Translations under genes and position numbers: made by a program
In this document: positions 24,950 to 36,500 of the stretch, piece by piece
Numbering within the stretch: position 1 is the first letter of the stretch
Layout: the number at the start of each line of letters is the position of its first letter
Notes under the pieces: generated by a model
Databases searched by the model: none
The model's input: the letters and a program-made list of their open reading frames with translations, nothing else
What the model was told of the DNA's origin: nothing
DNA from: Geosiphon pyriformis uo1
Taxonomy: Eukaryota > Fungi > Glomeromycota
NCBI GenBank assembly: GCA_016748015.1
Contig: JAAOMT010000503.1
Location: 335,669-398,898, forward strand
Direction: 5' to 3'
Length of the DNA stretch: 63,230 nt

Positions 24950-25370
24950 TCTGAATCTCTGTATTCCTCTAGCTGTAATCCTTAATTTTTCCCTGTTTCC
25001 CACTAACACTAACTGCATTATTTTCACCAAAGGTAGGAATATTGCCTGTGTTATCTTTTCATTTGGATCTATGATATATGTTTTTTCTGAGTCATTTTGT
25101 AGCATAGCAATAATATTTCTTATGTATTCTGTGTTAATTATTCCTCCTCTGATGTTGATTCCTTTTTTTGCTAAACTACTTCTGGATATTAATTGAACCA
25201 TTGTTGCTGGAATTTCCAGTACTATTTTCAGATCAATGCAAGTATGCAAGTGAGATTCCAATTTGATAGGATCTTTCTCTGGATATCTCAGATCAAATCC
25301 TGCATCAGTATCATGCACACATTCAGGCATAATATCTTCATTATTATCACTGAACCATTTCAGTTCTTGC
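24950..25370 (-). pseudogene. Trimeric dUTPase domain inside the Gypsy pol
   Basis: Motifs DAGFDL (I), SRSSLAKKG (II), GGIINTEYIRNI (III, decayed G.ID..Y.G), ITQAIF (IV), RGIQRFRS (V, decayed RG..GFGS). Confidence 0.9.
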
Positions 25371-26639
25371 TCCTTGGTAAGATTAGGGAGAGTGATATAT
25401 GTTTCAGAGTTTGAATCAGAATCCGAATCATTGTTATTTTTATTGCTGTTTTGAGTGGAGCTAGAACTGGTGTTTTCATCGTCATCATTGTCAGAGTTTG
25501 AGTTAGGATTGAAAATTGATTCCGATTCTGATGCACAGTTGCTCATTAGTTCATCTTCTTCTGGGATTATGTAGATTATACGTGGTGGTGGATTGTAAAT
25601 GAGGTCACACTTATTACAATACTTGAAGTCACATGGGATCAAACAGTGGTCACATAATTGGGTGTTTATTTCTTCCAAACATTGTTCCTGTTCTTCTCTG
25701 GTGAGTGTTAATTGTTAGTAATGTTCATGGAATTCCTCTGGATTATCTTTGATGTTGCCAAAGACATCAAAAGTTTGGATGTATTCAGATTCAAGAAGTA
25801 ATAAAGGGTTGTTTTTGATTTCTAGTAGTTTACTGGTTGTCACACTTTCTGCTTTCGCATATGCCATTTTCCAGAGTTTATGTTTGTTGTAGGGATATTT
25901 TTTTAATTGTCACAACACTCTTTTTCAGGCATCATTGATTGGTATGCCTTTGCGTACCCAATCGTTGATTAGGATTGTATATTGGCACATTTCATCGCAT
26001 GTTTTTCCTCATTCAGAAATGTTGTTTCACATTTTTTTGTCTGGAAGAGTTTTTTTACAAGTTAAACATGGTGTATTATCCCATTTTCTCACTTGTTTTG
26101 GCCTTTTAAAACATTTAACGAGACATGCATGGCAATAAAACTTAGTTGCCATCTGGTATTCTTTGTCATCACCACAGCATGCACCCATTAAAAACAATTT
26201 CTTGCTGCAATCAGCACATATAAGCTTTGGTCGACAATAATTTGGTTGTGGTAGTGCATAAGTATATGCATGGTGAATGGTGATTGGTGTTGGAATTTTT
26301 TTGTTCTCTTTCTTTTTTCCTTTGTGGTTATCCTCTTCCCACTCCCAGGTTGTTGGTAGTTCATTTTGATTATTGTCAGTTCCCTAGGCTTGATCTGAAT
26401 TCCAGGTAAGTTCTTTTGTTTGTTTTCTTTTTTCTTTATTGTCCCAGGATAGTATTGGTGGTAATTTGTTGTGGTTATTTTCATTGGCCCAGGAAACTTG
26501 ATAGGCTTCCCAGGTAGGTTTTTCCTTTTCTTTTTCCAATTTGATAAGTGGAGCTGATGGCATGGTGATGGGATTTGAAATGGCCACACGTGGCTAGTAT
26601 GCATGTGTGTCGTCCGTTCTGGCTAAGCTAGAGCTCTTA

Positions 26640-26960
26640 GGTGTTTTAGTCAAGTGTCACATTGATTTTGAACAGTCAGTCATTACTCATCAGTGCTTGG
26701 TATTGAGTGGCTTCCATAACTAATACCTTGATTGGTACAGTGATGCCATTGATTTCTATAGGCAAGTTATTTATTTTACTAATTGGAGTCTTGGTGGCTC
26801 CATCAGCTGTAATTATCTTTGCACTGGCAGCTTGATTAACTTGGTGACCTAATTGGTTTATGAGCTGTCTTGTGATGATGCTGCCAGCTAATCTACTATC
26901 TAGGATCAGTTTAATAGACTGACTGTCAATTTTGGCATCCGTGTACATCACTGTAATAGG
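26640..26960 (-). pseudogene. Retropepsin aspartic protease
   Basis: MYTDAKIDSQSIKLILDSRLAGSIIT (decayed DSG), IITADG, YQALMSND* (decayed ALVGNDW). Confidence 0.85.
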
Positions 26961-27549
26961 TTTTTTCTCAAGTATGGCTCCACTGAACAAAGAGGTTTCT
27001 GTTGGTTTCTCGATTTCAAAGGGAAATATTACTGCTAGAAACTCGTCTTCCATGATAGTGGCTGGCAGAATATTGGTAAGTGGTTGCTTTTGGTTGGGTT
27101 TCCAGGTGTTGGGCAAGGTGTCTTCTGGAGTAACCAGAAAGCTTAAATAGTTCTGAGAACTCGGGTTTTAAGTATACCCAGTTCCCGAATTCTGCTGTCA
27201 TCATCTTAATGGCTGGTTGGATGAACTAGGAATTGGTTGGTGAACAACCATTGCTGATCTCCAGTTTTGAGTGACTCTTGATCTAGGGTTTCCTGATGTC
27301 ATTTGAGTGGAATTGGGTGATGGTGTTTAATAGATTATTTGTGGCTGCAGCTGATATATAGGTTGGGACTGTAGTTGATAAACAATGGGTGCTGTTGGCT
27401 GATAAATTGGCAGTTGATAAATTTGTGGCTGCATCATAGGTATGTAATTTGGTTAATATATTACTGAGATTGATGGATAACTCAGAGCTGAAAACCTGCA
27501 ATCAGAGTTTTGATATTGATTTTTCAATTGTTGGTTTTCTATTTTTAAC

Positions 27550-29325
27550 TGACAATTAATTCTCAAATGTTCTTGTTTACTACAGTAGTGGCAGATATGC
27601 ATCTCTTGCTGCCACGGCTGATTAGATGATAATAAGAAACGCAACTGATTTTGTGGGTAATTTGTGATTCCTAAATTATTGCATTGTTAGGATGGTTGAT
27701 AAATTGTGTGATTGTCAGCTAAGTATCCTTCCAGCTTCTGGTTAATGGAATTACTGAATTGTTTCAATTTGGAATCTAATTCAGATGATCCATTCATCAC
27801 TAGATTTATGGCTTGGGCATGATTGGCTTTGAGTTCAGCTGCTTCAAAATCTCTGGCGTTGTTAATTGCAGCTTGAAGGTCTACTGGATGCATTGGGTGT
27901 ATGCATTGGAGGATGCTACTGTGCAGGCCTCTAATAAATTGGTTTAGGATTTGTGGCGCTGTAAAATAATCAGCCTAAATTGCTTGAATCTGGTGCAAAT
28001 TCCTATGGAAGCATCTTAGGTAAGTAGTAACTGCTTTATTTTTCCCTTGTTTGATAGTGGTGAAAGTGTTTGCTAGCCGATTAATACTATTGTTGTTGCT
28101 GAAGTATTGTAGGAATGCAAGCTTGAATGCAGCAAAATCTTGGAGTTTGTTAGCCAAGCTTTGATACCATAAATTGGCAGTATTTTGAAGAAAGTAAAAA
28201 ATGACCTGCATGGCTCTGGCATTATTCCAGCTGTTGGCTGCGATGGCTTTTTCCATATCATTTAGCCACACTTGGGTGTTATTTTCTTTACTGGTGAATT
28301 TCTCAAGTTTTGCTATCAGAGCGTAGGCCATTGGATCGACATTTGGTTGTTGCAGTTGTTGTTGTGGCTGTTGAAGCAGCTGCTGTGGTTGTTGAGGTGG
28401 TTGAAGTAGCTGCTATTGCTGTTTGTTGATTGGTGGAGCTGAATTAATCCTGATTACTAAAGGTAAGTGTTGTTAATTATTGATGTCAGGGTTTTAATTG
28501 TTCTGATTGTGCTGCATTTGGAAATTCAGAGTTCTGATTTCTGGATTTTCCAAATCTGGATTTTGTTAAGTCTGAAAATTCGGGGTTTCAATGTTTGGGT
28601 TTTCTAGGATTGGGTTCTGATAAGTAAATTCTTGATCTTCAGATTCTTTTTCCTCTTCTTCTTGTTCTTTCTCTGATTCCATTACTTTCTAGAGACTTGC
28701 GATTCCGAAATCTGGTTGGAGTGGTGGAGATTGAAGTCCTGATGGCATTGGTGATCAGAACTTAAATCTTTCAAAATACATGCCATATGGTCCTAGAAGA
28801 TTTTTTTCTTTTGTTTACTCTAAAATGGGAATTGTCCAAAGGTTGATGTCACATGTGATGTGAACGTGCCTGTTGATGTAATGTTGATGGTGCTTCTAAG
28901 TGTATAGTGATATGATGAGTTTGTTGATGATTCAACTCTGGTTTTCTTCTTAGTGGGTGGTTGTATTTGTTTTGGTGTTACTGCTGTGTTTGCAATTTTT
29001 CTTTGTCTTTACTGGCATAAGTAATTGGGTATCTTTGTTGTGTACAATGTTCAATTTCTTTATTAATCTCAGTAATGATGGATGCGAAATTATAATTTGT
29101 TGATAAGCTGGTGTTTTGGATTAATTTGTGGTAAAAAGTTTCTTTTGCTGATTCAGTGTTTACTGATGTTCTTAACAAATAAGCAATTTTTTCATTGACA
29201 TAGAAATTAAAGACTGATTCTGCTAATATCTGATTGTGGTTCAATCCCAAGTGTTGACAGTAGTGTTGAAATAAAAATTTTGTGAATCTTAAATGGTTTG
29301 CTCCTATACTTTTTGATTCTGCCAC
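27550..29325 (-). pseudogene. Gypsy family B gag (N-terminal extension, P/Q linker, CA, CCHC knuckle)
   Basis: MAESKSIGANHL..; AKLEKFTS..QVWLNDMEKAIAANSW..IKQGKNKAVTTYL; ICHYCSKQEHLRINC. Confidence 0.88.
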
Positions 29326-29385
29326 TGTTGATTTATTTGTTGGTGCTGGTTCTCTGTAGGATTATACTTTACAGGAAGCACCAAA

Positions 29386-30169
29386 TGTTACAGATAATTA
29401 TTTGGGGTCTCAAGTCAAATAACAAATCCATAACTTGGTGCTTAGTTAGTACTCGGGTGTTAATATCTGAAGGTTTTGGTTGTGAAGTTCTTTGTATAAT
29501 GAACAAGGATTTAATAGTTGTTTCAGTAGCCTCTCGGAATTGCAATTCTGTTGAATTTCTTTTTCAGTGTGGTGGCCAGTAATCCTCCTAATAAGCTATT
29601 CTCAAATCTATGAGTGTTTTACTCTTGTTTTATGGGTCTTTTACCAGTTCCTATGATGTCTGTATCTTAGTGCTTAATCTTTAATCAATTTAGTAAAACC
29701 AAAGAAATAACAAAAAGAAATAAAAAAAAATAAAAAAAAATAAAAAAAATAAACAAAAGCAATTGCAAGTTAGTATCCCATTAATAGCTGTGATCAAGAG
29801 CTATTGTTCCAGTATGGTTAAGTATTAATTACTATCAACATGAAGTGTTGATAGTGGAGAGTAGATTTGGATGGTAAATAGTTATTTATTTGATATTTGT
29901 GAATGAAAGATTGCTTAGATCAAATCTAAACTAAGAGGTTTGTCTTTTCTCCTTTTAATACTACCACTATATATACATAATTGATGTTCTATGAGATCGC
30001 TCACATTTCTGAGCAATGTGCTATGATTTCTTGAGCAATGCTTATATTGCTGAGCCATGTGCTCTAATTTCTAACATCACTCCATATTGCTAAGCAATGT
30101 GCTCACGTGCTAAATACTATTCTCTCATTGGTCTGCTATTTTTTATATCTGTTTTTTTTATAAGTAACA
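29386..30169 (-). repeat. 5' LTR of Gypsy family B
   Basis: Direct repeat of 16322-17086, followed by PBS TGGTGCTTCCTGT. Confidence 0.93.
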
Positions 30170-33100
30170 ATAATTACAAACAAAAACAAAGTTCTGAGAT
30201 TTAAGAATGTTCAAAGAACCAACATTATCCAAAACTAAAGGGCAAGTGGGAGATAGACTTTCACTATTTAGAAATACAACAAAAAGCTCAAACTATTTAG
30301 GAACTGGGCCATAGAGGTCCAATCTTTTTTAATGCTTGAAAGTATACCAATCAAAGACAGAACTATGATGATCACAAAGTTGATCCACAAAAGCAATACC
30401 ATACCACTGGAAAGAAGGGAAAAACCTAAAAAACTGTAACTTGCCCAGAACAACAAACATAAGAACTCCACCATGAAACTAAAAGGGATTGGCCAGAGAG
30501 CCACTCAGGGACAAATTGCAATCAAGAAGAATGCGAACCATGTCTACCAGAAGTTATCAGAAGCACTGACACAAATACACACAGAAAAACTCAATGGATG
30601 AACAGGATGCCAGCACAGAACTTGCAAGTTATGGGATCTGTGAGAGAACAAATGACCCAAGATGCCACCAAAGTTTGCAAAACTAACAAAAGAGGCCACT
30701 TTGCTCTCTGACTGAACCTGAACAAAAGACTTCAAACCATAGAAGAAAGGGTAATGGATTATATTACTAAGAAAATCAAGAGGTAAGCCAAATTTGAACT
30801 TCAAGCTCTTATAAATCAAAACATTCCACTTGTTACATATACTAATGAGAACAAAGCTAAACTGCATTCTATAACTAACTATAGAATAAAAAACCACTAA
30901 TACCAAATATAAGAACTGCTTATCTAAGACAGTTTTTCTCAAGACCAGATTGGTAAAAAAACAAATGTCTGAATTTGCTTTCGCCAAACTAGGCTTTGAC
31001 AGTCCTTCAATTGATAGAAAAATACCCAAATATTGATGAGATTTACCCTTTTTGACAATGGAAATAGGCGAGCCACTGATAGAAAGAAAAGGAGTGCTAA
31101 TTCTGCTATTGATAGAAATGGCCACTGTTTTATTGTTATTAATAGAAATATTATTTATCCAAAAAAATTCATTTGCAATATCAAGAATATGTTGAGTAGC
31201 TGCCTAACTACAACCAATTCAAATTGTATCATCAATAAAAGTGCTAGCAGCAAAAAAAGAAGAGAGCCCAGTCTGGGACTCAGCACAATCATTCCTTGAA
31301 ATAAAATAAAAATTTAACTTATAACTACACATGTTTTTCTGTCTCTTAACTTCACATAGCAGAGGATCATAAAATATACACCACAGAAGAGGAAAAAAGA
31401 CCTCCCTTTGGTTCAAACCATTATGTACACAATAACCATCCATTAACCCAAAATCTGTCATCATTCTGTTGGTACAATCTTTATGAATACCACCGAAAAA
31501 CCAAATGAACCTGCTGCACATCTTGATCCTAACCAAACTTTTCTCAAGATATACCCAGCTGACTGAATTATATGCTTTTTACATATCTTGCAAAACCAGC
31601 CAAAGCTTCCAATTTTTTTCCAATGCATCCTCAACCACTGATCCAACTGCAAAAATAGGTGACTGAGTCATCATGCTCTTTAAAACCAAAAAATTGTTCC
31701 CACAAAGAACATCAAATGTGCTGCATGCCAAAAAAATCTTATTAGAGAAAATCTTGGAAAGAATCTTATGAGCTGTTTCAATCAAGGCAATAGGACAGAT
31801 ATTTGTTAGAACACCTTCTCACTTATATGGTTTGGGAATTATTGAAACTCATGCCTCCTTCCAAGAACTGAGCACTGACTCATTAGACAAACAGAAATTC
31901 AAAAACACCAAGAACATATTCAAGACTGACTTATTACAATGCTTTCAAAGCTTATTTGACACACCTAAAAGACTGGCAGCTTTGCCATTAGGCAGATTAA
32001 AAACCACATCAACCAATTTATCAAACTCAATCAAACACATGACACCAGAAAAAGCCTTATCAAAAACATATTCCAATGGTTGATATTGGTAGTACCAGTC
32101 ACCAGAGATATTGTCTAATACTTCGCACTTCCTAGTCCAATCTTCCATGATCATGTCTAACTTAAATTTAACTAAACCAGGTTCCAGAATTAGTTTATTA
32201 TCAACTACCAGATGATCAAGCATCACTTTACAAAAGAGATGTTTTAGCACATTCCTGATTGTATAACTCTTATTAACCTTGAAGCTCTCTATCCTTCTAT
32301 CAATAGCTGATCTGATGTTTGCCTTCTTAGCCCTTAGAGATTCAGCAAGCTTGGCAGCACAATAAAACTTTCTAGCACCAAAGAAAGCAAAACAGACATG
32401 ATTAAAGCCAGCATCTGAATTCATAACATCTTAAATAACTGAAGCCTTATTATTGTCCAAAAAAATCCAGCATCTTATAAAAAAATCAAAATTCACAATA
32501 CTCTCCTTATGTGAGGCCCTGACAATTCTAGAAACCAAAAGCTCCAACTTGTGAAATCTCAAAGATTCCTTGGTGAAAACATTATTAAAGCCCTTGAACC
32601 ATTTCTTCTTAAACACCTCATTAGTTGAGAAAACCATCACTTTGCAAATGGTATCTCACATTGCATTCAAATCTGAAAACCTTGTGGAAATAGCAAATTC
32701 ATTTAAGAACATTGTAGTATTGGCCAATATAGCACCTTTAAAATCGCCTCATTTAGACTTATCAACATCTTTGAAATCAAACTTCCACCAATTCCTATTT
32801 ACTTGCTTGTGAAGAGAATTCAATTGCACATCCAAAAATCTACCCAAATCTACTAACACAAAAACAGCCCAATGATCAGTATCAAAAAATTCACACATAT
32901 CAGATACTATGCAATCTACCATAGTATTGACCAAATTTGAGGAAACAAACAAAAAATTAATGGTCTTAGCCATGCTCTGAGAGTTAGCCCATGTAAATGC
33001 TTTAACATAAGAACTACTACCCAAGGAATTGACCAAACCAAGATCCAGATACTTTTTGAAACTAGCACATTTTCAAGAGTCATCTTTATTAAAGTTGTCA

Positions 33101-33564
33101 CCCAAAACCACAAATAAAGATTCATTGACTGCCTTTGCTATCACAGAATTGACATTATTAGTTTAAAAGAAGTGAACAACCAGAGATGCTCCAGCATAAA
33201 GCTCCAATGAATTTTAAAAAAAAAACAATTATTTTTTATAATTATAATAAATTTTTATTATTAAAAATTAAACTAATTAATTATATAATATTTAACTTAA
33301 TATTAAATATTTAAAGCTTTTAAAAAACCATTATTTTAATAAATTTTTTTATTAAAAAAAAAATTTTAATTGTTATTAAATTAATAAATAAATTATTTAT
33401 ATTTTATCTTAAAATTAATAATTTTTTACTTAAATTTTTAATAATTCTTTTAAAAATACCAATATTTTTTTTATAATAAAAAGATTAAAAAAACAATTGT
33501 TTTTGCATAAAGCTTTATATTAATAAAATAATTTATAAAAAAATAAGTTATTAACTTAAATTAT

Positions 33565-36500
33565 AAAAAATCTTTCTTTTATTAATCTTTTGACTGTGAT
33601 AAGAACAAAATTTTTTTTTGAGAATATAACTTTTCTTTTCTCTTTTTTTCTTTGTCCCCATTAATTATTTTCTCAATTATACTTATTTTTATTGTGATAA
33701 AACTGACAAGCATGTCTGTTGGTGTTTCTGATTTTGGTATAACTGATTTAGAAACCTGTTTGAATGCCAAGAAAAAATGTGTAAACACTATCTACTTCTG
33801 TAGTACTTCTTACAAAAAACCAAAAAAGTCTGTAGTTAGTAATATGGTTGACTTATTTGCTGGTTTTTTAAGTTTGGAAAATGTTGATAGTGCTGGTATT
33901 GAACCTATGGTATTTTGGAGAAACAATATTAGCAGTGTTGTAAGTAATATTAATGATTTGTTAAATATTAATAATATAAAAAACACAGTTGTGGAAAAAA
34001 CAAGCTATGCTGATTTGAATGTTTTAGCAAATAATGAAAATATGGATGAAACCATGCCAAAAAAAACTCACACTCAAATATATATGCTTGGTCATCTTTT
34101 GAAAGCATTTTTGTTTATAGACATGAATGATAATAACAATATTTTGGCTCTCCTGTTCCCTAAGTTTGTTGGCACTAATTAGCTACTGTTGATCAAGTCA
34201 CATAGACTTGAAAGATGAATTTTTAAGCTTGTTAAATTGTTTGCTTTGAATGTTGAATTGTTTGCTGTGCTTAACAAAACTATTAATAATAAGTTATTGT
34301 ATATGAAAAAAAAATTTTATCAAGTAGATGGTTTTAGGGAAGCCTCTATTTCTTTGAAACTTCTTGGCATTATTAGAATTACTTTTACTTCTAAATTTAA
34401 TTTAGGTAAAGCAAAAGAAATGTTTGTTAATAAGAAAATCTTAGTTAATAATGATGTAAGCAAACCAAACAGTCATATAAATTGGGAGATAATTGTTAAG
34501 AAAATTCTAGTTGATCTTCTTAAATCAGTAGTAGAATTAATATTTACTGTTACAAGTAATTATTTGAAGTCTCAAATCAAATAACAAACTCATAACTTGG
34601 TACTTAATAGCTAGTATGATGGTGATATCTGAAGGTTTTGATGATTTAAAGGTTTTGGTTGAGTTTTTTGTATAATGGACAAAGATTTACTGATTGTGTT
34701 TTAGTAGCCTCTCAGAATTACAATTCTATCAAATTTCTTTCTCAGTATAATGGCTAGTAATCCTTTTAGTAAGCTATCCTCAATTCTATTCTTGTTTCAT
34801 AGATTTTTTACCAGTCCCTATGACATCTGTAACTTAGCACTTAATCTTTAATCAATTAGTAAACAATACAGAAACAACAAAAGAAATAAAATAAAGAAAT
34901 TAAAGAAATTAAGCCAAGACAAAAACAATTAGTATTCCATCAATAACTGTGATTAAGAGCTATTGTTCCAGTGTAATTAAGTATTGGCAGTTATTAACAT
35001 AAAGTATTGATGGTTAGAATTTGATGAATATTTTTCAATTCAATAATAACAACATAAATTGAATATAGATAAGTATTTTATTGATAATTTGATGATTTCA
35101 CTTTAGTGAATATGAACTATTCTTAAAGTGATTAGGGAATAAATAAAAAGAGAAGTCCAAATTAAGAGATCTGTTTTTTTTGCTCTTAATGCTACTGCTA
35201 TATATACATATTTAAAATTCCTTAATTCTTTAATTCTTTATATCAGGAATCTTGGAATTTTTAGAATTCTGTAATTTTTTGAGAAAAATCCTGAAATTTT
35301 GAAATTCTGTAATTCTTTATATGAGAATTCTGTAATTTCTAAAATTCTGTAATTTTTCTAAAAAAAATCTTAAAATTCCATATTTTACTATATCTATTTC
35401 TGATTGGCTATATTACTATAATTTCTATATTTTATGAGTAATATTGCCAAATTTGGTAAGGTGGTTTCAGTCAAAATACAGTTGATTAGTCTTTGACAAA
35501 AGATTATAATGAAATTTGAGTCATTAAATGTTATTAGTTTGGTTGTTTCTAAGTAGTTAATTTTTATGAAAAAAGACTTTATATATGTAACTTTGATAAT
35601 TAATAATAAGCAGTTGTGAATTTTAAGAAATTAGCATCAGACTTTATTATATACCTTGTTAGTAAGCACTAATGTCCATGATCTTTCTAGTTTGCTGGAA
35701 TTATATGATAAGAAAACATGCTTTATTGGCCATAATTTAAGTTTATATGTATGTAACAAATGTGCAGTAATTTGTTTTGCTAATAAGACATTCAAATTGG
35801 CTGCTGTTGATTCTTTGCTGGTTTTTAAGAATGTGAATTTGTGCTAAACTGGTCTTTTTCTGATCTGTTGTATTGAGTGTAAACAATTTGGTCATATTTC
35901 TAATAGGTGTTTAATTGGTGAAAATTTGGGCAGCTACAGAAAAAAAACTATCAATTCTTAGGATTATGTTTACTTGGTAAATATATATATATAAAAAAGG
36001 CTCCTATTATCTACCCAGTTTCTTTTGGTAACAAGATATGGGCTCAAGTAGTCTCACTTATTGCTTTCTCTAATAATGCTAATTCTAGTTTTGGTCTTCA
36101 TCTTTTTGTTTTTAGTGGCTCAAATGGGAAAAAAAGTGTATTGATTGTCAAAAATAGTTCATTAATTACTAATCATTTGGCTTTCTTAGAGCATTTTTTG
36201 GAGCTTTTGGAAAATCAGATTTCTGGCATAGTGTACAAACTCAGCAGCATAGAATTGGCACTTTTGGCTCCTCTTTTTTCTTTTCATGATCTGGTTATGT
36301 TATTGGTTGTCAAGTTTAGATATAGTCTTAGATGGTTCTAAGTTGTTGTTTTCATCTCCTTGTTTTATTTTCTCTAGTGTTTCAGATTTGAATCCAAATA
36401 GTTCAAAAGTTTTGACTACTAAAATAGGCTGTTTAAAGTTAAAATTGGTAACTCTCAAGATTTCTGTTGATTCAATTCTGGCAAAGTTGGATCAGTTGTG

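Larger units (their letters stand above)
16322..30169 (-). mobile_element. Ty3/Gypsy LTR retrotransposon (family B), ~9.9 kb excluding the nested element; gag-PR-Cys-rich-dUTPase-RT-RNH-IN-ORF3; decayed
   Basis: LTRs 16322-17086 and 29386-30169 (TGTTAC...GTAACA); TSD ACAA/ATAA; PBS next to 5' LTR; PPT at 17087-17100; domain order PR-RT-RH-IN. Confidence 0.95.
14880..33207 (-). mobile_element. LINE ORF2 remnant (EN C-terminal part, RT, RNase H) split by the Gypsy insertion 16322-30169
   Basis: 30170-33207 carries EN/RT remnants (TWANSQ..TINFLFVS, DTDH, WLVLQDM, FIDD); 14880-16321 carries RNase H (LVELQAIVLAL, VKGHSG) and 3'UTR; the coding sequence is colinear across the Gypsy TSD. Confidence 0.88.
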
